From assembly GCF_018977255.1 (NCBI RefSeq), contig NW_024704743.1, positions 104,286,001 through 104,350,000 of the forward strand: a stretch of 64,000 nt of DNA, written 5' to 3'. The notes beneath the pieces were generated by a model, which did not search any database, had not been told where the DNA came from, and saw only the letters and a list, made by a program, of their open reading frames with translations. Positions 12,685 through 25,220 of this stretch are shown in pieces. Positions within the stretch are counted from its first letter, which is position 1. The number at the start of each line of letters is the position of its first letter. Position numbers and translations under genes: made by a program. Source of the DNA: Callorhinchus milii (Eukaryota).

Positions 12685-13095
12685 GAACATAATAATAACA
12701 ATGATAATTTGATTCATACAGCTTTCATATTCAGAGAACATCTCAAGACATTTTACAGGATATATTATAAAGTATATTAACTGTATATTTTGTAGGTGAA
12801 CATGGCAGACAATTTGCACACAGCGTTGTCCCACAAACAGGCATAAAATGAATGACCAATTTTTTGTGTTGGCCAGGACACCAGAAGAAACTCTTTTCTT
12901 ATTTCACATTGTGCCATGTGATCTTTAAAGTCCACTTGAACAGGCAGATGGGACATTGGTTTAAAATCTCATTTATTAGGAGAAACCTCTGATGATGCAG
13001 CACACCCCCAGCTCTGCACTTGAATGTCAGTCTAGACTGTATGAGTTCAAGGTTCCGTAACCTTCTGACTCAAATGTGAGATTGCTTCCGACTGA
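12685..13095 (-). mobile_element. Old Deu-domain SINE
   Basis: Tail-core-head order on minus, similar to 22752-23170. Confidence 0.7.
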
Positions 13096-13491
13096 TACAC
13101 AATGTGCGGTGTTTCATGGGATGTTTGATGTGATAGTTAACTTACCAAATGTGTTATGAAACACCACAAATTTCACCCCAAGTTTAATCCAGCATGGAAG
13201 GCGTAGGGTTAGAATAATGTATGCTAATTCCCCAGAAAAAGGCTTCGCTAAATTTGTGAAAGTCATAATGTAAATGTCAATTAGGCTACTCAAACTATGT
13301 TTCATTTTGTAAGTCGAGTGTTCCATCATTAGAAGATATTGTTAGAGTAATCACATGGTTCTCATTAGTGTTTTGCATTCCTACATGTTCATATTTTGCT
13401 ATGTTAGACTTCAAAGCAAACTCTGGAATAATATAGTGGTGACATAATTATTACTGCAAAGGCCACAGATATTTCAATCTCTGCAAAGCTG

Positions 13492-13869
13492 ATAATAATA
13501 ATAATCCTTCCATTTGATATAGGGCTTTATCACAACTTCTAGACATTTCAAAGCGCTTCACAGAATATACTGCAACGTGAATTGACTTTATATTTTGTGG
13601 GCGAAACACAGCAGCCAATTAATTTCACACAGTAATGTCCCACAAACATTTGTGGATTGTGTGACCAAATTATTATTTATTTGATAAGATTATCATCCCT
13701 GGAAAAGTGATCCGCCAATCAACTAAGAACCAGGTTCCTACTTACTGCTAGATAAACAGAGATGTGTGGAATAAGGAAACTTGCCCAACGTTTTGCCCTG
13801 CCCAGGAATCAAACCCAGGTCCTATTGCTTGCCAGGCAAGTGCTCTAACCACCAAACTACACCACTCCA
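13492..13869 (-). mobile_element. tRNA-derived SINE, long form
   Basis: Same family as 29446 plus a ~70-bp internal segment (ctctgtttatctagcagtaagtaggaac...). Confidence 0.88.
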
Positions 13870-14967
13870 TCTGACCCACTATCATCTTAAAAGTATTTCC
13901 TCCCAGAATTAATTCTGCTGGAAATCTTCGTGGGTTCTCCATAAGCCTTGCTAATATTATTGTATATTATTTTTATTGGAGGGGAATTATTATCCCTGCT
14001 TCCAAATTCCTGAATCAAATTTTCTTTTCCTGGGTTGCTTCTGAAAAACAGACAGGGGCTGGTGTTTGTAGAGTAGAATATATATGCTAGAAGACTACCA
14101 AAAAAAAATTGAAGATCCTTTGGTTTCTGCTGCTCAAGAGTGAAACGTGAATCAGCTTCATGGGCTACAAAGGATAGAATTTCAGATTTATTTGGATATG
14201 CATGCACATCGGAGAAGCCCATCTCGTAAGCAGCTCAGGAAAAAACACTATCGATGAACATAATGAAAAAGGAGACCACTCAAACAAATCCAGAATGTTT
14301 TGCACTGAAGCAGCAACTTGCGATTCAAGTACACCGATTGCAACAGGAGATGCTTCATTTGTAATCCATGATGATGAACCAGGAATGATAAGAATATCCT
14401 TTTTGGATTTCTGAATTAAGTAGTGTAGCATCAGAATTGATACTAGCATGTAGTGACACTCAGTAAAGTTACCCAGATCAGTATTCATTCATAGTTAAAG
14501 GATTGTGTGACAAGCATAATATCATTCAGACGACCCGTTCCCAGTTTAATGGGAGCTAGTTAAACATAAAGGTCTAATTTCATAAGGTCAGGTCACCCTA
14601 ACATCTGACACATAGCATATTTAATTAATAAATACCTTCTTTGCGCACTACTGCAAGAATTATTAGTTTTAATGGACAGTGCAGTTGAAGAAGTTTGATC
14701 AAGCATGTTATTAGATATTGCGATAGAGTATACTTGTGTGATTGCGTGTCAGTGGATGATTGTGTGTCCCTTGTGGGACCACTGAGGTGATGGTAATATT
14801 TGTACATTTGGGACTAATGTACAAATTCAAAGTTTTGAATTCAAAGTATTGAGACAATTTTACTTCATTAAATGATCTGCCATTCCACCACTGATAACTG
14901 CTAATTGTGAGTTTGGATTATGCAGCATTAATTTATTCAATGTAGATGTCCCAATACCTTGTATCTT

Positions 14968-15338
14968 GTGGAGACCTGTAGCTCAGTAATTAGAGCACTC
15001 GCCTCGCAAATGAGAGACCTGGGTTCTATTCACAGCAGGGCAAAATGTTGGGCAAGTTTCCTTACTCTGCGCCCTCTGTTTATCTAGCAATAAGTAGAAA
15101 CCCGTTTGTTAGTCAATTAGCAGATCACTTTTCCGGGGATAATAATCCCCGCCAAAAAAACAATAATAGTTTGGTCACTCAATTCACGACTGTTTGTGGG
15201 ACGCTGCTGTGTGCAATTGGCTGCTGCATTTTGCCCACAAATACACAGTTAATTCACTTTACAGTATATTCTGTGAAGCGCTTTGAGACATCTAGAAGAT
15301 GTGAAAATTATTATATCAAATGCTATTATTATTATTAT
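14968..15338 (+). mobile_element. tRNA-derived SINE, long form
   Basis: gtggagacctgtagctcagt head, internal segment, old tail. Confidence 0.9.
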
Positions 15339-16837
15339 AAGTCATCAAAGCATGGAGACATACACTGTATACTTGTGGCAGAATTACTCTGTACTCCAAA
15401 TCAATGTTCTCCTTGTTTCCACCCAAGGGTTATAACTCAATTTTTTCAATTACTGATCTTTTTTCCTTTGTTTATTTTTTGGAATTATCATGTTGCTCTA
15501 TGTTTATCATAAACCCTCTATGCTACTGTGGCATCCATTGTATTTTCGGAGAGGTGAATACAAATGTGTAATAAGGAACATGAAAGCTATAAATGGTGAT
15601 TTACTTTTAGGCCTTGCATAATTGAAGTTAATACCCAGTCACTATGCTTTACAGTATTTTCTGTGAGGTGCTTTGAGACATTCTCCAAATGTACAAGGTG
15701 CTGTAAGAACGGTCAAAGCTAAGAATTATTATTATTATTATCTTTCTGAATGAATTATAACAATAAATGATAGTGGCAGAATTTTAATCATTACTGTATC
15801 TGAAATAAAAGGACAAAAATATTTATTTTGTGTAACCCAACATTTAATGCTTCAATATGTATTTCTTTTTCCTACAGATTTCCTGTGCGCTATAAATGGT
15901 TGCCTTTAGCACAATCAGGTCACCACCATCATCACATCCTGCTATGCTATGTCAGTCAAATATACTTTTCTGTGTCCTGAATGTAGACCTGAATTGGTCA
16001 ATATAAATATTCCAGAAAAAATGACTTGAAGAAACGACTAAAAGACTTTTACCCACAAAATGCAAAAGGTCACATCACTTTAAAGTATATCCTGTGAAGG
16101 TTGAATTCCTGAAGCAAAGAAAGTGCTTTGGGATGTCCTCTCAACGTGAAGAGAACTATACTAGATAGAAGGATTATTAATATTATTATAATTAAATGCA
16201 AGGATTATTATTATTATAATTGTATTATTATTTATTTACCTGTTTTTTTCAGGTACTGATTGAACTATATTGAATTGTAAGCTTTTCTTGTTTTCTATTA
16301 AAATAAGTCAATGATTCTTTTCATTCCAGTCATTGAAGCAGTTTAAAAAAAAAGAGCATTTTAATCTTTTTTGATGGCCTGTTATATGATTTTGAAATAA
16401 ACTAAAATAAGAAACTTTCCCATGTAAAAAAATGCAAAGAGCTCAGAACAAGTGCAAAGTAAGGATATAGTACGCTGCAAGCAATATATCTTAGAGTTTT
16501 GCAATTGAGCAAAAAGAGAGACTTAATATAATGTAGAGGATTTCATGGATAATGTTGTTTGTCATCAAATGTTGAACGATTCTCAAGGTATTCACACACC
16601 ATTAAACTTCAATGATCTGCCATAAGTGTTTATCCTTCAAAGTGTCATGTATTAAAATGTTGAGGCAGGGATTGATAATTCCTGATATCATCAGTAATCT
16701 TTAATAATTTGAGAAATACATTATTATCAGTATGAGGAAAATGATTTAAGTTGATCAAGCCAAATGTTGCAGCAGAGATAGAGGAGCAATGTTCAATTTA
16801 ATGTCCCATTTGAATCCAAATATAAGTCCTGAAAAGG

Positions 16838-16952
16838 TATCCAAGTATTGCTGTACGGTTTCCAGTTCGATATCACCCAAAAGTATCCAGGTATTACTGT
16901 ACGGTTCCCAGTTCGAAATCACTCAGAAATATCCAGATATTATTGTACGTTT
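16838..16952. repeat. ~46-bp tandem repeat, ~2.5 copies
   Basis: gtatccargtattrctgtacggttyccagttcgawatcac repeated. Confidence 0.8.
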
Positions 16953-17684
16953 AGTGTTATTTAAATCGTGGTCTTGATTTTCCTTCTTTAGAAAATTTGT
17001 GAAACCTGAAACGGCCTTAACAATCTCCCCTCTTGCGGCAAACCTGGATTCAGTGTCTACAACAAAAAATGCTTGGCTGTTCTTACTTTCTTACAGACTC
17101 TTGGGTGGGTGTCAAAAATAAAATAATGGAGAACACACCCTTGACATCTAAATGGGATAAAATGGTAGAGGATCTGGCAAAACTGTATTTTCAAGTGTAT
17201 TAATGCTAAATGCTCTTTTGCAGGCAGCCTGCTTGTGGATCTTTTTGATCTATTGTTGTGTAGACAATGATAATCATTTGCCAATAATAGAACTTAATCC
17301 CTTTGGAGAGTAAAAGCACTTCAGGGTAGAGATCACATGCACTTAATTCATCTTATAATCATGCACCAGTCTATAGTTATTCTCTCTCTTACAAGCTCAC
17401 TATATTGCAATAAAGGACAACTCTGCTATGAACATCCAGTTGCAAGTAAATGATGGTGTGCGAGAGGCCACTTGACTGAGATTGCATGGACGTGCATGAT
17501 TGCATTAACAGCACAATCAGCTGGCCCTGACTCTCAAGGCCTTGCTGGGATATTTTATTACCATGGAAACTGTGGAAAGTAAAACTGAAATATTTTATAC
17601 TCAATCTGATCACACAACATTTTCGCTCTTTATATTCATCAGGATTTGAATAAACATGGAAACTATTGATGGTTTGCCACATTT

Positions 17685-18048
17685 AGTGCTGTAGCCCAAT
17701 AGTTAGAGTACTCGCCTCGCAAGCGAGAGACCTGGGTTTGATTCCCAGCAGGGCGAAATGTTGGGCAAGTTTCCTTACTACACACGCCTCTGTTTATCTA
17801 GTAGTAAGGAGGAACCCGGCTATTAGTTGATTGGAGGATCACTTTTCAGGGGGTTAATCAAAAAAAAAAAAAATTGATCACTTCAATCCACAACTGCTTG
17901 TGGGACACTGCTGTGTGCAAATAGCTGCCGCATATCGCCCACAAAATATATGGTCAATTCACTTTACAGTATATTCTGTGAAGTGCCTTGAGACGTCTCG
18001 AAGATGTGATAATGTGCTATATCAAATGCAAGGATTATTATTAATATT
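17685..18048 (+). mobile_element. tRNA-derived SINE, long form
   Basis: Head, internal segment and tail; left boundary of the 17.7-18.9 kb duplicon. Confidence 0.9.
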
Positions 18049-18228
18049 AGTTGCTGTGCCCTGACACACTGAACCTCATTCTTGGTGCCACCCATGGATG
18101 CTTAGCTACTTACTGCTCATTAAGATTCTAATTCTAATATAGATCCACACTGACTTGCTTTGGGATCAACAGTGATACCTATGACAGTGTGTGGAACACA
18201 GCTTGGTGACCGAGGGAGCCTGTCTGTT

Positions 18229-18638
18229 TCATTCAGAAAATATCTGATTAAACTGCATTTTATGCACCTTATGCTGAAGAGTGAATAAACCATCTGGAGC
18301 ACTTGATTCTGTGTGCTTGGTGATTTGCCTTGTTTCAAATTCATTGGAATCAATCAATGTCAAATGTTTATATAGGCGACCATTACAATGGTAGTACTGT
18401 AAGATGACTTGGTGTGGACTATAAGTCGACATGGTGAGGACACAGGACGAGTCCCAAGGATCATCGTCTTTCAGACTCATCTGGGCTGTCTCATCCCAAC
18501 CTGAACTACCCATCGTGGATATTACTGAGCTGGTAACTGCCTCATGTATCGTGATAATGATAGGGTGACATTCTCCAAAGGGTGGGATCTGGTATTTGTG
18601 GTTCTGAGTGCATTTACCTTCAGTTAGATCCCTAGGTT
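18229..18638 (-). CDS. Candidate terminal coding exon (135 codons, phase 1) of an unidentified gene
   Basis: Acceptor cttttcatttttttcacag; frame open from acceptor to TGA and closed ~20 nt upstream; paralog at 52 kb is disrupted; no recognised homology. Confidence 0.4.
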
Positions 18639-19029
18639 CTGTGAAAAAAATGAAAAGATTTTAAGTGAGTGGATGAGGAGTTATCTCATGTGATTTCATT
18701 TCTGGGTCAGTAATCCAGAGTGGTTAGTTAGTCATATGTATACTTTCTAAATAAATGTGGCCAATGTATGATCAATTATGTTGTAGTGATTTAATGAATT
18801 AAGTTAAGCCAGGGTTGATTTATTATTAGTTTACGGTGTATAGTAGTGTTCACGTCAGGAGGATGTCTCTGCATGCAAAAATAGTACAGTATTTTCAAAG
18901 GTGTACTCTTCTGCTTTACTGCAAATTATTTCCATTTTATTCATGATGCAACTGGACATGAGTTGCAGTGAGTAGAACACCACAGTAAAGACAATGCATA
19001 ACAAGCACTCGTTTGGGTTAATAAACCCC

Positions 19030-19477
19030 AATTATTCCAGTCCTTGCCAAACTCCACTGGCTCCCTGTCACAGAATGGATCGACTTCAAGATTCTCACTC
19101 TAGTGTTTAAATCCCTCCATTCCTTGGCACCCCGCCTATCTCTCTAGCGTCCTCTCTCCCCACAGCAGTACCCGCTGCCTCCGCTCTGCTGGGTCCAGCC
19201 TCCTCCGTGTCCCTTGAGTCCTCCGCTCCACCATCGGCGGCCGTGCCTTCACCCACTACGCCCCCAAACTTTGGAACTCCCTCCTTCAAACCCTTCACCT
19301 CGACCCCTCCTTCCCAATCTTCAGGTTGCACCTGAAGACCTTTCTCTTCGACTGCTCCTATGGTCACCTTTCCCCTCTCCCTGGCTCGGCCTCGGGCTCC
19401 GCCATTGTTAAGCGCTCTGAGACGCTGCCTGGTGTGGAGGGCGCTATATAAATGCAAGTGTTGCGTTGTTGTTGTTG
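19030..19477 (+). mobile_element. Older L2 3' fragment
   Basis: LHWLPV..DFKILTL remnant, hairpin gcgctct...agggcgc, (TTG)n tail. Confidence 0.88.
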
Positions 19478-20221
19478 GGCGTCTGATGATCTGCTGCTGA
19501 AATGATTACTGACTATCAGAATGCTGGAACTTAAAATGACGCTTACATTAACATTAAACACAGGATTGACAACTAAATGTGGCAAAAGAAGGTTCCTGGG
19601 AAGAATCCTACGTAATTAAAACAATAACATGGAAAGTGGATTACTAGCAGAAGAGTGAAACCCAGCAACTGAACTTGGTAGAGGGAAAAAAATCAGATCT
19701 TGTTTATTTAATATAATTGTCCACAATTTTTCTAATTGTGCATCATTTTAAGTTTTAACACAAAATAATCAAAAAGATTAAGATGAGGAAGATTTTCGCA
19801 TTTTTATGAAAGGAAATTACTTCCCCTTTAATTTGTGAAATTCCAAATATCCATGAATAATCTGGTTCAAAAGCGGCTAAATTTGCAGATGTGTTTTATG
19901 GGAATATGCAGTGAGTGAGAAGTATTTTCTTATGAATAAAGACTAATGGAACTATTGGTAACTTTCCAATTGGAAACCATAGATCCTCCAAATTACATGG
20001 TAATAACAAGACATTCCCCAAAGTAAAAGCTGATCAAAAAGAAATGAGTTGGACTAATGGAAGGGGAGTTCAAGTACTGTAGAGGAAAACATATTTGCCA
20101 GCTTTTCTTGTAGACTAACTGTCAAGATCAGAGCTGCTAATTCTAACTCTATGATGAACAAAACAATAACCTTTACTTATGAACAACAAGATGTCACAAT
20201 AAGCACATAGTGGGGGAAATG

Positions 20222-20528
20222 TGATATGTGATGTGTTAAGTATCACTGGTGATATTGTGTCATGTTATGGGAATTCTGCCCCAATGTTAATGTATGGCAG
20301 TGTGCCTTCCTCTGGCTTCATCAAAATGGTTTGGTCCAAACCCACCATGAACAAGCATTGAGTTAAGTCACTAACCTGTGAACTGCCATTGAAATGCCGC
20401 TGGTCCATGAGTTGACTGATCAGTTCAGCGGCTGATGCGGATATTTTCATCAACTGCCACAAATTGATTGAGCCACTGACAAGGGTGGAATTTCCAGTAA
20501 TGTGATAATGTTATTACATCACACATTT
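20222..20528. mobile_element. Ancient MITE-like element with degenerate inverted ends
   Basis: catgttatgggaattctgcccc vs gggtggaatttccagtaatgtg; atgtgatgt vs acatcacac. Confidence 0.35.
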
Positions 20529-20624
20529 TATTTTTGCATTGTTCCAGAAAGCCCAAAAGAGCACAGAACGTGATAGTTATTTTCAAGTGTCAATTGATTG
20601 GTGTAGTAATTATTGTCAAAAACG

Positions 20625-20990
20625 AGTATCCAAATCAGACAGAGTTCCACATATGTATCCCCACCTACCTATGGAAATTTGCCTTTTCACATTCCAAAAA
20701 TTCCACATTTGGAATGTGTACTCTCTCCCTGCACGGATGCATCTTGCTTACCTAATTCTGGAGAGAATTAGGCACAGGCTGGCAAGAGACAAGTCCTGTT
20801 GGAAAGCCTGTTACCAGGAGGGCCCAGTAGTACTGTGGACCCACCTGGCTCAGGAACCAGTCTATCAAGACCGCCCCAGAGGATTGGCTCAATTCTAAAA
20901 TTCCATTTGCCAAGCACATCACCCTGGAACCAGCAAAACTCCAACAAGACACTGCTTACCTCCCTACCAAGGAGGATAGTCACTGTGGAG
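20625..20990 (-). repeat. Dispersed repeat (also 37785-38650 and 50040-50420), possibly RTE-type 5' UTR
   Basis: Shared blocks gcttacctaattc..ggcacagg, ggacccacctggct.aggaaccag and cttacctccc..gaggatagtcact. Confidence 0.6.
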
Positions 20991-21774
20991 GATTAAAATG
21001 CAGATAAGACTAAAAGTTACAAATGCAACTGATGAAAAAGCACATGTGATCCTTCTGATGAATGTACTGGAGGCTTTGGGGAAGATGAAATAAATTGATT
21101 GTGAAATAAATGAATATTCAACACTCATGTCATCAGAATCAATCAGACCATAGATGTCACAAGATATTAAACTGAACTATTTATTTTTCCAGCACCTCGA
21201 GAGCTTTCCCATTGTCACTCTTCCATTCAGGTCTTCTTTTACACAATCCGATCATCTCTGGTTTGAATACCAATGGGTCATTCAGCCCTTCATACTTTTG
21301 TGGTCAATAAAATGGGCAGCAGACCTTAACAATGTATTTGGGGAGTGAGTAAAGCAATATCAACCTGAATCAAATTAGCTTTAAGGAAATTTTGCTCGGA
21401 AAGCCGGACAGCTTCGCAGTAGTCCATAGGCATCGTTGATAGTTGCTCAGGCTTATCAGTGAGACCTCAAGATATAGACTGGGCTTCAAGCCAAAGTCAC
21501 CAATGGTTGCAAAATTACTCACTGGACATATACCATGAAACCAAACTATGCTTCTTTCTGGTAAAATATTTCTGGTGGTTACTATTACCTTTATCAAGCT
21601 CAGTGCATTCACACTCTCAAGATTGTAAAGAATGTTTGAATGCACACTACTTTCATTTCCCACGATATGTCTGACTTTTCCAGAGTGTTTTTCAGAATCT
21701 ATCAAAAATTCTTGTAGCCAGAACAATGCATAACCATTGCTTTCTAACATCTCCCACATCAGGCTGATAAAGTG

Positions 21775-22262
21775 TCAGCCTATTGCAAACTCCCTGTTTG
21801 TCAGCCTCCCCTGCTCCTCCCTCCATAGGCTGCAGATCATCCAGAACTCTGTGTCCTCTCCTGCATCAGGCTCCGTGTCCCTATCACCCCCATCCTTGCC
21901 CGACTCCACTGGCTTCCCATCACACAGAGGATACAATTCAAGATCCTGGTCCTCACCTTCAAAGCCCTCCATGGCCTTGCTAACCCCTACCTCTGTGACT
22001 TTCTAACCCCTTCCCGAACTGCCTGCGCTTTCTACTCAGCGGGCTCCAGCCTGCTTCACGTCCCCTGCCTCGCCTGCCACACCATTTGCAGGCGAGCCTT
22101 CTGCCTCTCTGCCCCCATCCTCCTCTTTGACTATGCCTTCGGTCACCCTCCTTGGCCCCCTGCTCTCCACCCTCCCCGATCCCGACCCCCAGCTCAGGTC
22201 TGATGCCTTGGGACGTCCTCCTGACATGAAAGGCACTGTACAAGTGGAATTTGTTGTTGTAG
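21775..22262 (+). mobile_element. L2 3' fragment with internal deletions
   Basis: ANSLFVSLPCSSLHRLQIIQNS remnant; 3' hairpin and tail. Confidence 0.88.
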
Positions 22263-22419
22263 TATGAGGCTGGTAAAGTGCCAGGTATCTAAACTCCCAC
22301 TTTCTCAGCATCAATATGCACTTTCTTTAGTCTGCTATCAACTTTCTGTGATCTTCCTCTTGCCATTGCCATCATTTTAGTTTCTACTCCCCATTACATC
22401 ATTCCTTATGTTGCCATGT

Positions 22420-22485
22420 TTCCTCTCTCCATAGATGCTGTCTGATCTGCTGAATGTTCCCAGTGACTTCTGTTTTTACTTTGGC
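22420..22485 (+). mobile_element. Penelope-like terminal repeat remnant
   Basis: ctctctccatagatgctgtctgatctgctgaatgttcccagtgacttctgtttttac resembles the reverse complement of 44070-44150. Confidence 0.5.
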
Positions 22486-22751
22486 TTGTTATGTATGGCT
22501 TATGATATATTTCTTATTTATACAATGATCATGGGCTCTTTACTGGTGATTCCTATTAGAACTCCCACTTTGTAGTTTTAAGATATAAGTAAAACTATTA
22601 TTTATTCTCAGTAATAATAACATATATCAAGACCAACCTCTCCCATCCCTAACTGAAAACCTTATTGTTACAGCGGATCTGAATATTGAGTCAGTAAACC
22701 ATACTTGTCATGAGTTAAAAGAAACAAAAACATGAAAAACAAGGTATAAAG

Positions 22752-23170
22752 GAATAATAATAATGATAGTAATCTGAGCACCATCACATTGTTGGGATGT
22801 CTCAAATTGCTTCACAGAATATACTGTAACGCTGATGTGGCTTATAGATTTTGTGGGCAAGTGCAACAGTCAATTTATGTACAGCAGTGTCCCCAAACAG
22901 CCATGAACAATTTTATTTAAGGCATTGCTGGCCAGGACACTAGGAGAAACTCCTTTCTCTTTATAAATAGTGCCATGGAATCTTTAATGTCCACCTGGAT
23001 AGTCAAACAGGACTTCAGTTTAATGTCTCATCCAAAGGATGGTATCTCGCAACCCAGCACTGTAATGGAGTGTCACCGTGAACTACATGAATTCTGAGTC
23101 CATGTGGGCTTGAACCCCACAATCTTCTGAAGACTCAAAGGTAAAAGTGCTACCATCTGAGTCTAGCTAA
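22752..23170 (-). mobile_element. Old Deu-domain SINE
   Basis: Complete tail-core-head order on minus. Confidence 0.75.
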
Positions 23171-23744
23171 CAAAAGTGTTTTCACTATTGAGAACGGATC
23201 TGAATATCGAGTCAATAAACCATAACAATTGGCATCCCCAAAATAATAATCTTTGCATGATTACAGGAGTCAGATATTAAAAAGTTCATGTCACCTAATG
23301 ATTTTTTTGGGACCAGTTCAGTAGCGCTCAAATATTCCAGGAGAGACTTACATCTTCCCTAGAAATTGGCAGCAAGTGGAAAGTGGTGCAGCCAATCACA
23401 GCCGACCATGTATGGAGCTCTAAAACCTGCCTAGTCAGCAAGACTATCGAGCTCTTGTCACCTAAGAAGTTTGCACTAGGGAGGAGCTACCTGAGGCTGA
23501 CACAGAGAGCTATTCAACCTAAACAGTAACAAGCAATTTTTTGAAATGTGGCTATCTGCATAAGCTATGCTAAGCTGTCACTCCAATGTAGTTCTGGGGG
23601 AGAGCTGGACTGTCAGACGTGCAATCCTTTGGATGAGATGTTAAACCGAAGTCCTGTCTGCATGTTTGGGTGGGCATTAAAGATGCTATGATCCTAATTT
23701 AAAAGGAAAGTTTCTCCAGGTGTCTTGGCTAACAATCATTTACT

Positions 23745-24072
23745 TCATAGGGGTCCAAAACAAGGAGGCATAGTCTTAAAATGAGAGCCAGGCCATTTAA
23801 GAGTAAAATCAGGAAGCATTTTTTCACTCGAGTGGTAGAAATCTGGAATTCTCTGCCCCAAAAGGCCGTGGATGCTTGATCCATCCATACCTTCAAGAGA
23901 GAGGTTGACAGATTTTTGGTAGGTCAGGGTATTAAGGGATATGGGGAGAAAGCGGGAAATTGGCATTGAAAGGATTAATTGAGGTACAGATCAGCCATGA
24001 TCTAATTAAATGGTGGAACAGGCTCGAAGGGCTGAATGACCTACTCCTGTTCCTATGTTCCTATGCTCCTAT
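23745..24072 (+). mobile_element. CR1 3' end inserted into a Deu SINE (23590-24220)
   Basis: CR1 3' UTR (ggaacaggctcgaagggctgaatgacctactcctgttcctatgttcctatg); SINE resumes after 24072. Confidence 0.88.
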
Positions 24073-24791
24073 GGATGTTTGCGCAACCACACTTTGTGCA
24101 AATTGGCTGTCGTGTTAATCTACAAATACACAGTGAATACACTTCACACTAAAATTCTGTGAAATGCTTTGAGCTGTTTTAATGACGTGATAAGGCGTTA
24201 TATCAAATGCAAGTATTATTATAAACCTACTAATTGCAGCACTATTTATCACCAGCCATCAATGTAAGGAATATCACAAATTTTACTCATACATTCTTTG
24301 ACCTATTTGGAACAGAATACTTCTTAGAAATATAAGTCATTGTTGGAATTTTGGTCCTGCAGCATGAGTCATCGCCATATAAAGTTGCCATGATAACTCT
24401 TAAGATCTCATTCAACCAGAAATTCATCATCCTTGCAACATTTCTATTTCTGCCTGGCACTTACTCCTAGGAGAAGCCCCTGGGGGCAGGGTTGTCAAAT
24501 TCCTATGTAGAAAAATGGTCCTCACTTTTTCAAAATGGCTAACCTAGTATTAAAATAAAATAATCCATATACTTGATATAGCATCAATAAGGCATCTCGA
24601 AGCGTTACAGGATATCCTTTAAAAAGTGACTGTATATTTTGTAAAATGCTGCAAATGCTGCAGCCAATGTCCCACAAACAACCATGAAGTGCAGCATAAA
24701 CAATTTTATCTAAGAGATTATTGACCAAGATACTGGGAGAAACTCCCTTCTCTTTCAAATAGTGCCATAAGATCTTTAATGTCCACCTGAA

Positions 24792-25220
24792 AACAACAAC
24801 AAATTACATTTGTATAGCACCTTTCAGGTCGGGAGGATGTCCCAAGGTGCTAAACAGTCAGGGATTTGGACCCAAGCAGGGGTTTGGGATCAGGAAGGTT
24901 GGAGGGCAGGGAGGGTAGGCTCACGTACCCCGCCTCGTCCGCCCCACCATTGGCGGGCGGGCCTTCAGCCACTCTGCTCCTACCCTCTGGAACTCCATCC
25001 CACTTTCCCTCCGCCTCGCCCCCTCCCTTGCAACCTTCACGACCCATCTCAAGACCTTCCTCTTCGACTGTACCTTTGGTCACCCTCCTTCACCTCCTGC
25101 CCTCCACTCTCCCCGATCCTGACCCCCAGCTCGGGTCCGAAATACTGACTGTCCAGCCCCTTGGGACGTCCTCCCGACGCGAAAGGCGCTATACAAATGT
25201 AATTTTGTTGATGTTGTTGT
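24792..25220. mobile_element. Two L2 3' ends fused at their 5' truncations (minus 24792-24918, plus 24919-25220) inside a Deu SINE
   Basis: (CAA)n tail at left, (TTG)n tail at right; host SINE continues on both sides. Confidence 0.85.

Noticed and set aside
13146..13247. 102-nt AG/GT-bounded open segment on minus
   Set aside because: Good donor but mediocre acceptor and an unrecognised peptide
13887..14488. Overlapping ~110-aa ORFs in unique sequence
   Set aside because: No recognisable domain or convincing splice boundaries; needs a homology search
21370..21759. 129-aa minus-strand ORF (possible exon or viral relic)
   Set aside because: No ATG start, no recognisable motif, ambiguous splice sites
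22420..22485. Second hammerhead in the other PLE remnant
   Set aside because: CUGANGA/GAAA core is absent
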